From: Octopus vulgaris
Lineage: Eukaryota
NCBI GenBank assembly: GCA_951406725.2
Contig: OX597823.1
Location: 57,288,001-57,352,000 of the forward strand
Length of the DNA stretch: 64,000 nt
Direction of reading: 5' to 3'
Shown: piece after piece, positions 13,610 to 27,770 of the stretch
How positions within the stretch are numbered: the stretch's first letter is position 1
Layout: each line of letters starts with the position of its first letter
The notes under the pieces: model-generated
Told to the model about the DNA's origin: nothing
Seen by the model: the letters and a program-made list of their open reading frames with translations, nothing else
The model's database searches: none
Translations under genes and position numbers: made by a program

Positions 13610-15120
13610 ATTTCGTCTCTCTTTACTTTCTAAGTTCAAATTACTCCAAGGCCGACTTTGCCCTTCACCCTTTTCGGAGTTGATAAAATATGTACCAGTT
13701 GAGCCCCGAAATTAGTATTACCGACTCACTTCCTCGAACGTGTATCAAAATTTGAAATCAATATAGCCACGGTCGGGCAATGCCTTGTGAGAGAATTTAG
13801 TAGAGGGGAACTGTGCATGTTCTTCATTTATAGATATGTGTGTATGTATAGTGTCTTTTTGCCTGTGTTTGTACCCCCTCCACCATATAGCGCAGTGTTG
13901 GTTTGTTTTCGTATCCGTTTTTTAGCGGCACGGCAAAGGAAACTAATGGAATATGAGCCACTCTTAAAAAGACAAAAAAATGTACTGGGATCGATTTGTT
14001 TGACCAAAACACATTAGAAGTATTGCCTCAGCACAGCTGCAATCGAACGTGTGAAAACAGTAATAGGTAGCCGGTAAAAGCAAAATTATTATTGACACTA
14101 TGGAAGGTGGAATCGTGAGAGCACCAGAATAAATTTCAGGTAGCATTTCCTTTGGCTTTCTGCATTCTGAGTTCAACCGTGCTTTTTATCTTTCGGCATT
14201 AATATAATAAAGCGCCAGTGAAGTACGGGGTTCAATGTAATCGATTGAAACCCTCATCCAACAATCTTTCTTGTCCAGAAATTTCTTACAGCTATAGTTA
14301 CAAGGCCTGAAATTTGGAAGGAGCAGGCTAGCTGGACTCAACGACACCCATCCCCGCCCAATGTTCATCCGGTACTTATTTCATCGAAACCGAATGGCTG
14401 AAGAGCAAAATTGATATCGGCAGAATTTGAACTCAGAACGTAAACTCGAACGAAATACCGCGCGAATGATTCTACCAACCCGCTGCCTTTTCCTTGCCCC
14501 CAAATTTGTTTCAAATGTTGGCACAAGGTCAGTCATTTTAAGGGAAGGTGGCGGAGGGGGAGTCGATTACTTCGACCCCAGTATTTGACTGGCACATAAT
14601 TTGAAATAAAAACGTAAAGAATCGGAGGAAATGCTGTTAAATACTTTGTCCAACGGGTTAACCATTCTGCTCGCGCCTTTTCATATCCCTAAATTGGTTT
14701 CTAATTTTGGCACAAGGCCAGCAATTCCGGGGAAGGGATAAGTCGATTACATCGACCCTAGTACTGGACTGGTAGTTACTTTATCGACCTCGAAAGTATG
14801 CAAAGCAAAGTCGACCTCGGTAGAATTTGAACTCAGAACGTAAAGACGGACGAAATGCTGCTAAGCATCTTGATCGGCGTGCTAAACATTCTGTCAGTTC
14901 GCCGCCATTTTCATATACCTAGATTAGAAATAATTATAAACTCTACTGGCAATATCAGAGGATGGCAGAATCATTAGAGCGTTGGACAAAGTGCCTATGC
15001 AGTATTTGATCTGGTTCTTTATCTTCAGAGTTCAAATTCTCTCGAGTTCAACTTTACCATTCATTCCTGCAGGATCTAAATGATCGACTCGCCACTTTCA
15101 TCAAGTTACTGGTTTTGTAT
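13610..15120. mobile_element. Cluster of family A SINEs, including three head-to-tail minus copies (14300-14906)
   Basis: Plus copies at ~13610-13760, 14150-14280 and 14950-15120; minus copies at ~14300-14490, 14500-14680 and 14695-14906. Confidence 0.8.
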
Positions 15121-15445
15121 ATGCGTGAAACACTTATATAAATTCTATGTATGAAACCTTACCTTTAGTTTCAGTATGTATCCATACATACACACATACA
15201 CGTATATACACATGTGTGTGCATGTATATATATATATATATGTATATTACACAACACAATGGAAACCATTTATACAAGTCACTGTGAAACGGAGTCTTTC
15301 GGATAATAATAACCGGCTGATAACAATATGCAGAGTATGTAACAACGTGTTTAGGGCACAGTAATTTTGGTAATTTGATAACAATAACCGTTTGATAACG
15401 TTATTCTTGATTATAAGAAGCACTTCCACCGCTAACACAAACGTG

Positions 15446-15499
<54 letters not shown>

Positions 15500-16106
15500 T
15501 ATATATAATATCCGTTTGTGTGTGTGTCCACACATACTGAAGACTATTAAATACATTAAAAGCATTTTATCGCACGCATACGGATATACATGTGAATATT
15601 TGTGTGTGATTGTACAAACATTGAAGACTATAAAGTACATAAAAATAACATTTTATCACACACACAATGTGTGTATATGCGAGTGTGGTGTTTATATGTG
15701 CATAGGGTATGTATATATAAAATGCAAAAAAGAGTTCTGAAAATATAAGATACACACACACACATATATATATTTATATATATATATACATTATACACAT
15801 ACAAACACACACAAGCACACGCACATACACACACACAATGCTATATACATATACACACTGTTATATATACATAAATACCAACACAGATTGAAACAGAGAC
15901 ACATTACAGTTTAACCTTTACACACGAGACAACACATAATAACATCGACCGTCCACCCCTTCTACTCTCTCATTCTGTCTCTCTCTCTCTTTCTCTCTCA
16001 TCATCAGACCATTTCCAGTCTCCGACCATCTCCGCCTCCATAAGTCAGTTGTACACTTCAGACAGCTAACCGTCCTCATCATTATCACCACCATCACCAT
16101 TAAGTG

Positions 16107-16126
16107 CATCACCACCACCACCACTG

Positions 16127-16187
<61 letters not shown>
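16107..16187. repeat. Compound (CAC)n(CAT)n microsatellite
   Basis: Directly visible. Confidence 0.95.
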
Positions 16188-16199
16188 TACCAGCAGCAC

Positions 16200-17700
16200 A
16201 ACAACCAGTCTTGGTTTCTCTGTCTCGCTATTCTCACCCTTCTTTATATAACTAGCCTGACTCTCCCTCGTTCTGCTCTCCCTCTCCCTCTTCTTCTCTC
16301 CGTGCCTGTGTCACTCTCCACCTCTGTCTGTCTGTCTATCTGTCTGTCTATCTCTCTCTCTCTCTATCTCTCTCTGTCAAGTTCTCATTGTAACCAGCCG
16401 TATAAATACTGCAGACATCTTACTACCTCCTTCCATTCCCCTTTCTCTTCCTGTATCTTCACCCCTTGCTTTCTTTCTTTCCCTCTCTTACTATGTCATT
16501 CTATCTCTATTTCTCTCTGTCTTGCAGTTTGTCTCTCTTACTCTATCTGCCTCACTCTTCCAACCTCTCTCTCTCTCTCTACTCTCTTGCTTTCTCTCTT
16601 AAATTTTTCGTCTGCGCTTCTTCTTAATAGTCATGTTTCCTCTTCCTCCACCCACACTATATCGTCAGACGTACGTTCACGGCAGACGACCTCACATTGT
16701 TTTATATTTCTCTTCTCTCTTCTCTCTTCTCCTTTATATCTTCTCTCCCTTTTCTCTTCTTTCTTCTCTCTCTTTTTCACTGTCTTCATCTCTCCGTGCC
16801 CCCCCTCTCTCACACACTCACTCTCTTTCTTTTCACGATTGCCAGACGTACAGAAACAAACATTCACTTTCAACCTTCATTCTGTCTGATTCCCTCCGCC
16901 GCCCAACGTCTCTCTCGCTCTTTCTCTTTCGCCCTCTCTCTCTTTCAATCATTCACTCGATATACCCAGACGTCCATCTCTCCTTCTTTCTGTCTCTTTC
17001 CCCTTCATCGTTTAACCTTTTCTTTCTCCATTCTCTCCAATATCTCTAGATGTATATAGCAGACGACCATTATCTCTCCTTCTCTTTCTTCCCTCTCTCT
17101 TTGCATCTATTTCACACCTTCGTCTCGCTTTCTTAGTCTTTCCTTTTGTTTCTCTCTTTTTCTATAACACTCTATTCCTCTTTATTTCATTCTCTCTTTT
17201 TCTTTAGTTTCCATCTTTCAGTCTCTACACACTCTCTCTCTTCTTTCTCACTCACTCACTCACTCACTCACTCACTCACTCACTCACTCACTCATTCACT
17301 CACTCTCTGTCTCTGTATTTCTCTCTCCCTCTCCCGTACTGCACTCAATCGTACACAGCAGACGACCAATATATCTTTTTTTTTTCCACTGTCTCCGCTT
17401 TCACACTCTTTAATTCACTCACACACACACACACACATTCACTCACTCACTTACCCACTCACTCACTAACTCATTCACTTACTCACTCACTCACTCACTC
17501 ATTCGCTCGCTCGCACACTCACACACTCTCTTTCGTTCTTTCTTTCTTTCTTTCTCTCTCTCTCTCACTCACTCAAACACCTCTCTTTTTCTATTCAACT
17601 CCCCTCTCTCTCTTCTATTCAATCACCAATCTTTTTCTATTCAACACCTCTCTCTCTCCCTCTCTCTCTCTCTCTCTCACTGTTTCTTCTCTCTCTTCTC
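16200..17700 (+). promoter_or_regulatory. Candidate promoter region: pyrimidine-rich tract with clustered CAGACG/GCAGACGACC motifs
   Basis: SINE-free CT/TCAC-rich tract; CAGACG at 16666, 16683, 16843, 16967, 17060 and 17359, all on one strand; GCAGACGACC three times. Function is inferred. Confidence 0.45.
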
Positions 17701-18417
17701 CCTCATGAAACAAAAGACCGAAGACAACGACGACGACGGTGACTACGGCTACGACGACGACGACGATGACCATCTCCACCACCACCGCCACCATAATCAC
17801 CACTGGCACCGCTACCAGACACCATCTTTGTCTTCACCTCTTCTTTAACCGCTAAACCTCCAGCATCACCACCCTCCCCAATGTCCACTCGCAACCACCA
17901 CTAGCTGTACATCCATTCCGTCCGCCCGTTTCCCTCACAGTCCACAACTGTCCACCATCAATGTCTGCTGTATAGATCAATGACAGACAGTGAAAACTAG
18001 AACGCAGACAAGACAACAGTGTCGACTTGATAGATGGAGGTGGAGTAGGTGTTGGTCTAGAAGTAGGTGGAGGAGTAGGAAGAGAATAAAGAAGAGAGGA
18101 AGTGTTGAGAAGGTGGTGAGTGGAAGAGAAAAGAGTAGAAGAGTGCAGAGAGTGGAGGTGGGAGAGAACGAGACAGAAATCTCTCTCAACTTTTACACCA
18201 TGGCTGGCGGCTTGTTTTGTTGGGCAGTTGGTATTGTGCTGGTTAACTGGATATATATATATATATATATATGTATATGTATACACGCACACACATACAC
18301 ACACAACACACACACAACATATACATACATAGACCAGTTCACACATATTTATACATATAACACACACACCCACACGTATATACACACTTATATGTATGTA
18401 TATATATATACATATAT

Positions 18418-18448
<31 letters not shown>

Positions 18449-19479
18449 CATATATATATTAATGTGTATATAGTGGCTTGGCTGGTTATTTTGGGGGTGG
18501 AGTGGTTGGCTAACTGGATGGATGGATGGAATAGACTGATAGTACCATGGAAGGAGAGTGGGTTGTGGACGTCTGCCAAATACTGGCCAAGGCGATTGGG
18601 GTATAGATTAGAAAACAAGAAGGAAAAAATATAATCCATCCGCTCCTAGTCTACCCAACGCTAGCGCCACCACCATCACTACAAGCACCGGCGCCGCCGT
18701 CACCACCACCACTACCACCACCACCTTCTAAGTGGTTGCACGGTCTGCAACCAAAACTTTCTCATATCGCAATTGATTATCTTAGAAACATACACGTTAT
18801 ATATCGTGGTGCTGGGTTGCTTGTGCTAAGACGGGATGACCACAAGTGGAATACTTTTGTGGTAGGTCTTGCTGCATCAGGACCGAACAGAAAGGATATG
18901 GACAACGCAAACCACAATAACATTAATACTACATAAGGGATCCTGAAATCTGGTCGTTTAGCCCTACCAGAAATAGTAGCTAAATCTGCTTCAAATTGCA
19001 CACTACCGTCTTAAAAACGGAGTGCGACAGTTTGATTCTACATATACCAATATCTATGAAGAACACATCGATACGGGGCAGAATTAGGGCGGAACAGAAA
19101 CAACCTCACCAGTACCAAGATCAGCACCAGCACGATCACAACCAGCATCGGTATCAGTACCAGCAACCCCCACCCTACTAGTAACAACAGCACCAATACA
19201 ATACAATACAATACACGTACATTTCCAACCAGCGCAACAACGAAAACGAAAATCGTCTGCACTATTATCCTCATCGTTTATCAACAACGGCAACATCTTG
19301 AACGCCACGACGACGACGACGACCACCACCACCGCCACCACCAACCATCACCACCACCATCGTCCCTTCCATTTCCGTCACTGTCGCCATAACAATTACT
19401 CCGTCTTCTATCTTTATATGACAAACAAACCGAAGATCCGGAGGTTTTTCGTTATCTTGCCAACAGTGCAGACAAAACA
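17700..19479 (+). other. Candidate long first (5' UTR) exon ending at a splice donor; start uncertain
   Basis: SINE-free, CpG-richer sequence with ACG/ACC/CAG triplet runs, terminating at ACA|GTGAGT (GT at 19480-19481). No long ORF; composition changes after the donor. Confidence 0.45.
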
Positions 19480-19889
19480 GTGAGTATTTAAGTGTTAGGA
19501 GGTGTAGAAGTACTCCTTACCTTTACAAATGCTACCAGACAGGAATGATTGATGTTCAGCTTGAATTCCTGTATAAAACCGGAGAGTGAGAGAATGCTTG
19601 TGGACTAGCAAGTGTTTATGCTCTATAGTAGCAATTCTGCCCTGAATATGTCTGGTGTTCGAGACTGAGTAGGTGGAGTGAAAGTGAAAGTGAAAATGAG
19701 AGGCGGTAAAAATTGGAGGCAGCAGACAAAAGAGATGGAGAGGTTGTTAAAGAGATTGGAGGAAATGGTAGAGGGAAGACACGTAGAGTAAAAGAGGGTC
19801 AAGGAGAGAAAATGATAACGGATGGCCCGATATTGTGTTTGAAGAAAAGTAAAGACTTGATGGAATAGACGATAAGGAAGTTGATAAAT

Positions 19890-20220
19890 AATAAGTGTTT
19901 ACCATAATATTTCTGCGGTTGGGAGCACTGGAATCCTTTATACCAATCTCTACCACTTCTATTGGTTTTGGGGCTGTTTTTATAAATCCCAGGGCACCCA
20001 CCGTCCAGGAGTAAATATTTCATTGGGATTTGTAATCCTAGTGGAGCCTATTTCCTCTCCATGCTATAGGTGCGGTTGGTCGCCTCAAAGGGTACATCTG
20101 TCTTTGAATGACATCACTACTTGTTCACAATCCTTCACTGTACAACTGAGTGTGGGACCAAGTTTAATTGCTTACAACCTGGACGTCAGCAGATAATACC
20201 CGGGCCTTTATATTCAGTTC
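19890..20220 (-). mobile_element. Degraded REL-endonuclease LINE remnant (R2/R4/NeSL group C-terminus)
   Basis: Minus strand fragments ..TDVPFE.. and VGALGFIKTAPKPIEVVEIGIK resemble the IDVTVPFE / (I/V)GALG..EIGI motifs of restriction-like endonuclease domains. Confidence 0.45.
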
Positions 20221-20900
20221 TAAAAGCTTGAAATCTTCATAAACTGTACAAGAAAGCGAAAGAATCAAGTTTTTATGGATGTTTGACTGCAGACTTTAGC
20301 AGCGTGGCTTTTGTTTTATTGATGAATTTACGTAGTATGAAGATTTGACTGTGTCTAAGACATAAGTGTGCAACTGTTAACTTTTTCCCTGATAGGCACA
20401 AAACCTGAAATGTTTAACGGGAGTGGGGCTAGTTGATAACATCGACCCTGAATGGATGAAAGGCAATGTCGACCTCGGCGGAATTTGAACTCATGTGTGT
20501 TACTAATAATGCATTTTGTCCATTCTAATATAATATAATAATGGGGTGGTAACCACCAGAGGGTATCATCTGAAGGAATGTGGTGTGATTATCATTTGCT
20601 CCGGTTTATAGTTGTTAGTTTCGATCTCGGTATATCCTAGATACGTGTTTGGTAAGCATGTATAGGGGACAAAATGTGAGAGAGAATCAGTGTGTGCATC
20701 TGTATATTTATGCGTGTGTGTGTAAATATTTATGCCTGTAAATGTTTATGTGCTGGTGCATGTGTGCGTGAGTGTGTGTGTGGATGGATGGATAGACAAA
20801 CAGATGGATAGATACGATTGAAAGCTATAAAGACAGGTGGATAGGTGGAGACAAACGACCAGATAGACAGCCAAATATGTTGGTAGATAGACAGATAGTA

Positions 20901-21265
<365 letters not shown>

Positions 21266-21550
21266 CTCACAAACACTGAGGCAATTAGAGGAACTAGACA
21301 GACATAGATAGACCAATAAAGAGATTCAAACATAAAAAGATAGCCAGATAAATAAGTAAATAGGCATATAAACAGGTTGATATTAGGTGAGGTGACTGAA
21401 AAGACAAGTGAACATACAGTCAACAATTTTTGACATCTATCTGTCTACAAACTGCGAGACAGAAACGTAGACTAAGCGACAATAAAGACAAGCTGTTATA
21501 TGTGATTAGTCTATTTGACGTTATGCTCACATACACACACATACATATAT

Positions 21551-21809
21551 AGGCGCAAGAGTGAATATGTGGTAGGTAACTTGCTTACAAACCACATGGT
21601 TCCGGTTTCAGTCCCACTGCGTGGCACATTGGGCAAGTGTCTTCTACTATAGTCTCGGGTCGACCAAAGCCTTGTGAGTGGATTTGGTAGACGGAAACTA
21701 AAAAGAAGCCCGTCGTATATATGTATATATTATATATATATATATATATGATTTTTGATTTTGATTTTTCCAGTTTCAGCTAATGAGCTGTGGCCATGCT
21801 GGGGCACCG

Positions 21810-21880
<71 letters not shown>

Positions 21881-22085
21881 TACATTGTGTGTCTGTGTTT
21901 CTCACCCCAACATCGCTTGACAACCGATGCTGGTGTGCTTACGTCCCTGTAACTTAGTGGTTCGGCAAAAGGCACCAATAGAATAAGTACTAGGCTTACA
22001 AAGAATAAGTCCTGGGGTCGATTTGCTCGACCAAAGGCGGTGCTCCTGCATGACCGCAGTCAAATGACTGAAACAAGCGTAAAAA
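21551..22085 (+). mobile_element. tRNA-derived SINE, family B (CORE-like domain, internal microsatellite, LINE-like tail)
   Basis: AGGCGCAAGAGTG..GGTTCCGGTTTCAGTCCCACTGCGTGGCACATTGGGCAAGTG head and core, TA/TG tract, tail GGCGGTGCTCCTGCATGACCGCAGTCAAATGACTGAAAC. Many other copies, e.g. 24760-24915, 25304-25470, 30890-31260, 35955-36230, 36480-36910, 48355-48590. Confidence 0.85.
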
Positions 22086-22525
22086 AGTATTTACACATAT
22101 GCATGAGTCCGAACACACACGCGCGCGCAGCACACACACACACATATACACACATACACACACACACACATACATTAAACTTATAAACACTTTAGATACT
22201 TACTTCCTATCTATTGTGCGTGTGTATGTGTGTGTATCCGCGTGTGTGTGTGTGTGCGCGTATTTGTATGTATGTGCATGCGTGCGCGAAGCGTGCGTGC
22301 CTGTGCATTCATGCGGCTTTGCTCGACCCGGGACTCTAATGAGCGTCTCTTGCCCCAGGTGGCATGCACTGAAACTGAACTCAGAACTATGAGGCTGCGA
22401 AGCAAACCGCTTACCACACAGCCACGTTTGGTCACATGTATGTGTGCGTGTGTGTGTGTGCGTTTGTGCATGTGTGTGTATGTGTGTATGTGTATTTGTG
22501 TGTGTATGTTGCATAAATATATATC

Positions 22526-22705
22526 TGTACTCCATTTTTTGTTGTTTTTAAAAAAAATGTTCAGTTCCTTTGGTTTGTGTCTATGTTTTCGTTTCTCTTA
22601 GTGTTCGACGTCCCTTTGGTGTCCAGTACTCATATATGCTTGTATATGTACATGTAGACGTAGGTACGTACATATATGTTTATATATATGCATATGTTTT
22701 ATTTC
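22526..22705 (+). repeat. Dispersed ~180 bp repeat (Penelope-like tail), second copy at 25599-25775
   Basis: Near-identical TGTACTC..TTGTTGTTT..AAAAAAATG..CAGTTCCTT.GGTTTGTGTCTATGTTTTCGTTTCTC..GTAGGTACGTACATATATG in both places, each ending in (TA)n. Confidence 0.85.
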
Positions 22706-22710
22706 ATTTA

Positions 22711-22762
<52 letters not shown>

Positions 22763-23111
22763 CCCCGTAGAATATAAGCGTGTATGTCCGTGTTAATAAG
22801 TGTGGGAGTCTCTCAACTAGTCTAATTTCAAATATTTCAACCAGTATCACTTTTTCTTTGTCTACTTGACTAACAAATAGTCTTGTAGACAGATAGACAA
22901 CTATAATTGCTTTCACTATTCACCTGTGTAAGCGATCTGTCTCCTGACTGATAAGCTATGTATGTATGTATGTATGTATGTATGTATGTATGTATGTATG
23001 TATGTATGTATGTATGTATGTATGTGTGTATGTATGTATGTATGTATGTATGTATGTGTGTATGTATGTATGTATGTATGTATGTATGCATGTATGTATG
23101 TATGTGTCTAC

Positions 23112-23164
<53 letters not shown>

Positions 23165-23544
23165 AATCTATCTTTCGATCGATTGATTTGCTCGATCGAT
23201 CTAGCTATTTTAGGTTTTCTATTTCACACGTACATGCACGCAGACACACAAACCCACTCAGTCATACACGTTCGCACACATATACTCACACACAAAAACA
23301 CGCACGCGCGCACATACACATATGTATATATGTATATATGTATATATGTATATATGTATATATGTATATAGGTATGTATATTATAGTTAGACGGATAGAA
23401 ACATAGTCTGATAAATATACATACATAAATACATACATACATATTTTTTTAATATATTTCACTAAAACCAAAATTATTCACTGCTTCGTCTCTCTCTTTC
23501 TCTCTCCCCCTCTCTCTCCCTATCTATATATATATATCTATATA

Positions 23545-23582
<38 letters not shown>

Positions 23583-23617
23583 CATAGATACATACATATA
23601 TTAATCTCTCTCTCTCT

Positions 23618-23788
<171 letters not shown>

Positions 23789-24719
23789 TATTAATGGTGA
23801 AGCAGATGAATTAGGCAGGTAGACAGATAGAAAGTAATTATAAAATCGGCAGGCAGGTGTTCAGACTATCAGTCAAGGACAAAGAGATAGAAATATTCCT
23901 GCGTTACCGTATTTCACGGTTTATAAAGCGCACTTTACCATCCCTGCCCACAAACGAAATAGTAAATGTAAGGTGAGATGTAGTTTAGTGGTAACAGGCA
24001 GTTAAGATATGGTTCTATTGCCAGTTATGGCATATAAACTATTCAGAATGCCAGCACCATTTTGACGCTGACTTTTGCGCCTATCGTAGAATCTTTAGAC
24101 GAAGTGGTCGGAAATGCTTGGCTCGGTGTTAGTAAAATGAAATGGAAAGAAACGGAAAATATAACATTTTTTTTCCGGGGGGAAAGTCAAGCTATTTCTC
24201 TTAAATTAGTGTTAGCAGTGGGTACAGCGTGCAAGCTGTGTATGTCATTCCCCTATCCGAGAGTGGGCATGATCTCGCTGACAAGACAAATTTCCGCTCA
24301 TGAGAGAAGCATCCGAAAGATTTCTCTTTTTGAGTTCTGGAAAACACCCAAATTATGTGAATTACTTTAAAAATGTTTCTCCTCACCATCTGGCAGACTC
24401 TTTTGTATCTTATACTTCCATTCAGATAAGACCCAGACCGCTTCAGCAAATTTCAGTTGGCTTTCTTCGGTGCTGCTTCTTATTCAATCGCCATGTATAC
24501 TTGGATTAAGTTGCATGGTGTACCTCTGGTGTCCCGACACTGCTGAAAGAAAAGTTAAAAGCAGAAACATGTCGCTTCGACGGATGTGGAGAGCAGAGTG
24601 CAGAGAAGTGGAGAAAGAGGAAGAGTGAGAAAAGAACAAAGAATTAGAAAAAGCCCCCCCCCCCGAATCGGTTCTCAAGCGACGCTGGTGGGGGAGGGGA
24701 CAAACTTATACACACACAT

Positions 24720-24761
<42 letters not shown>

Positions 24762-24923
24762 GACGGGCTTCTTCCAGTTTCTGTCTACCAAATTCACTCG
24801 CAAGGCCAGAGACTATAGTAGAAAACACTTGCCCAAGGTGCCATGCAGTGGGACTGAACCCGGGAGCATGTGGCTGGTAAGCAAGCTTCTTACCACAAAG
24901 CCACTCCTGCGCCTAATATGTAT

Positions 24924-25012
<89 letters not shown>

Positions 25013-25466
25013 GTATATATTTACACAGCTTTGTCTGGGTCTTTGGGGGTACTTACAAATATTTATTTTTTACACTAAGTGCACAACAGAACTCAACGCA
25101 ATATACACGAAGCTATGCGCTAGTGGCGAGTATGACGGATGAGTCATCAATATTTCAAGATGCAATAACAGTTCCGAACCCGAGAATAAGATTCTGACCA
25201 GTTATATTTTATAACGAGTAATATACTGCTCAGTTATTCGCGGTGATTGTGCCTTAGTTTTACTTCCTTTTTTGCTCTTCTTAACTTATGGATAAATAAA
25301 AATAGGCGCAGAAGTGGAAGTTGTGGCAAGAAGCTTGCTTCCCAACCGCATCGCCCCAGGTTCAGTCCCACTGCGTGGCACCTTCGGCAAATGTCTTCTC
25401 TTATAGCCCTCTGCCAACCAAAGCCTTGCGACTGCATTTGATAGACGGAAGCTGGAAGAACCCCGT

Positions 25467-25523
<57 letters not shown>

Positions 25524-25778
25524 TTCACCTTCGAAACGTAGAGTAGATGAAACCATAGCGACTGAAGAAGGGGTTTTTCTCTTTGTGTTAATTGTCCTGT
25601 ACTCTATTTTTTTGTTGTTTAAAAAAATGTCCAGTTCCTTGGGTTTGTGTCTATGTTTTCGTTTCTCATTGTGTTCGACGTCTTTTTGGTGTCCTGTACT
25701 CATAAATGCGTGTATATGTACATGTAGAGGTAGGTACGTACATATATGTTTATATATATGCATATGTTTTATTTATTA

Positions 25779-25826
<48 letters not shown>

Positions 25827-26070
25827 CGATGTCTACATCTACCATTACAACTATCTCATAGACTGTTTTTCTTTTATTCCAGGTCTTTCTACGGCGGTGT
25901 TCGAGGTCATTTCCCAATCTTCATATTTTAAGATATTTTTTTATTTTCTTCATCCCTGACTGAGCATGTCTATCAGGCGTACACTCGAAGAGATCTCGAC
26001 AATAAATATTCTATCTTTGTCTAATGCACAATGTCTTTTATATTTTATTCATTTATTATTTTATAATTTA

Positions 26071-26460
26071 CTAGCAGTATCGCCCGGCGTTGCTCGGGTT
26101 TGTAAGGGAAATAACTATATAAGCATTTTTAGAGATTTATAGCCAAAAAGTAGCCAAAAAATGCATTAAAAATGGAAAAAAAATTATGGTAAATTTTTTA
26201 AAAAATTGTTGACTCATCGTAGACATTTTTAGAGAGTTACTTCCCTTATATAATAGCGAAAAAAATGCATTAAAATGGAAAAAAATGATGGTAATTTTTT
26301 TAAATCATAGACTCATCGTAGATTCGCGCTAATACCCAGAAGAGCTCGATATGAATCACGACTATAAGATACCTGGTTTTGGTTAAACTGCACCGCAAAA
26401 TGTGGGAGTAGTTAGGAATCTAAATCATAGGAGACAGACACACAATATTTTATTTATATA
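26071..26460 (-). mobile_element. Non-autonomous Helitron (same family as 4815-5210)
   Basis: A|CTAGCAGTATCGCCCGGCGTTGCTCGGG at 26071 is the reverse complement of the 3' hairpin/CTAG end; the body aligns to the first copy. Confidence 0.85.
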
Positions 26461-26920
26461 TTCGCCTACTTTTGTTTCAGTCACTTTGCCTGCAGCCATG
26501 CTGGGGACACCGTTTTGGATGGTTTTAATTAATCGAACAAATCGACCCCAGGACTTATTTCTTAAGCCTACTACTGATTCTATTGTACCCTTTTGCCGAA
26601 CCGCTAAGTTACGGTGACTTAAACACACCAACACCAGTTGTCAAGCGATGCTGGGGGCCGTTAAAGTATTTGGACCTGGAGATCTCCATTTCCAGTGACT
26701 TCGAGGGCCACCTCCCAGTGGTGATGGGCGTCAACGAAGAGCCCTCGACTACCACAAGACGACCAAAGTTTTTTTTTCCAAGGTCTGGGGTCTCCAGCCC
26801 CTAAGCCCTACCATCATCTAATCACCCTTACCCGGCTTTTTGCTTAACAACTACAACAACAGCGATGGCGGGATGAGGGACAAATACAGGCACGAAGACG
26901 CAAACACATATAGATATACA

Positions 26921-26970
<50 letters not shown>

Positions 26971-27533
26971 TATATATATATATATATAAAGTAGGAGACA
27001 GTTGCCCAAGATGCTACGCAGTCGGATTGAGGCGCGACCTTATGGTTGGGAAGCAAGTTTCTTAACACAGCCACGTCTGCCCCAACATATTTTATGTCTT
27101 AAGACGGTCGGGTATGATATGTAATAATACCCGACAGCGACGTAGTCTCGTTGCCACTAAGTAGACATACGATTAGCTAGAAACAATAACAGTATTTGGT
27201 TAAAATACATTCTGCTGTCTTAAATAAGAATGGACACATCGGATAATGTAGATATAGAGAAGGAAAAAAAATTAAAATAAATGAAAATACGCCGAGATGG
27301 TCAAGGCTGGTACGTGTTTGGAAATAGAACAGTTCGATCAAGGAAGATATGCGGCTAAAGGAAAAATAGTAGTTGTAGTAGATATAGTAGTAACAGTAGT
27401 AATTGTAGAACAAAAAAAAAAGAGAACAACAACAACAACAACAATAATAAAATAGACTGCAACAATTCGTCTGTCTGACTAGACTGGTATCTAATTGACC
27501 ATAAGCGGTGATATGTGTGTGCATTATATACAA

Positions 27534-27572
<39 letters not shown>

Positions 27573-27739
27573 CATATAAATTTATATATATATACATATA
27601 TATGCATGTATGTATGTATATGCATGTGTAACAATATAACAATATATGTATACATTTACATATATATATATGTATGTGTTTATCTATCTGTGTATCTCTC
27701 TCTACCTCTCTGTTTATATATATATATATATATAAATAT

Positions 27740-27770
<31 letters not shown>

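Noticed and set aside
16104-16889. 261-aa ORF with poly-His start and Ser/Leu/Phe-rich body
   Set aside because: Arises from the CAC/CAT repeat and CT-rich tract; non-ATG start and no domain signature.
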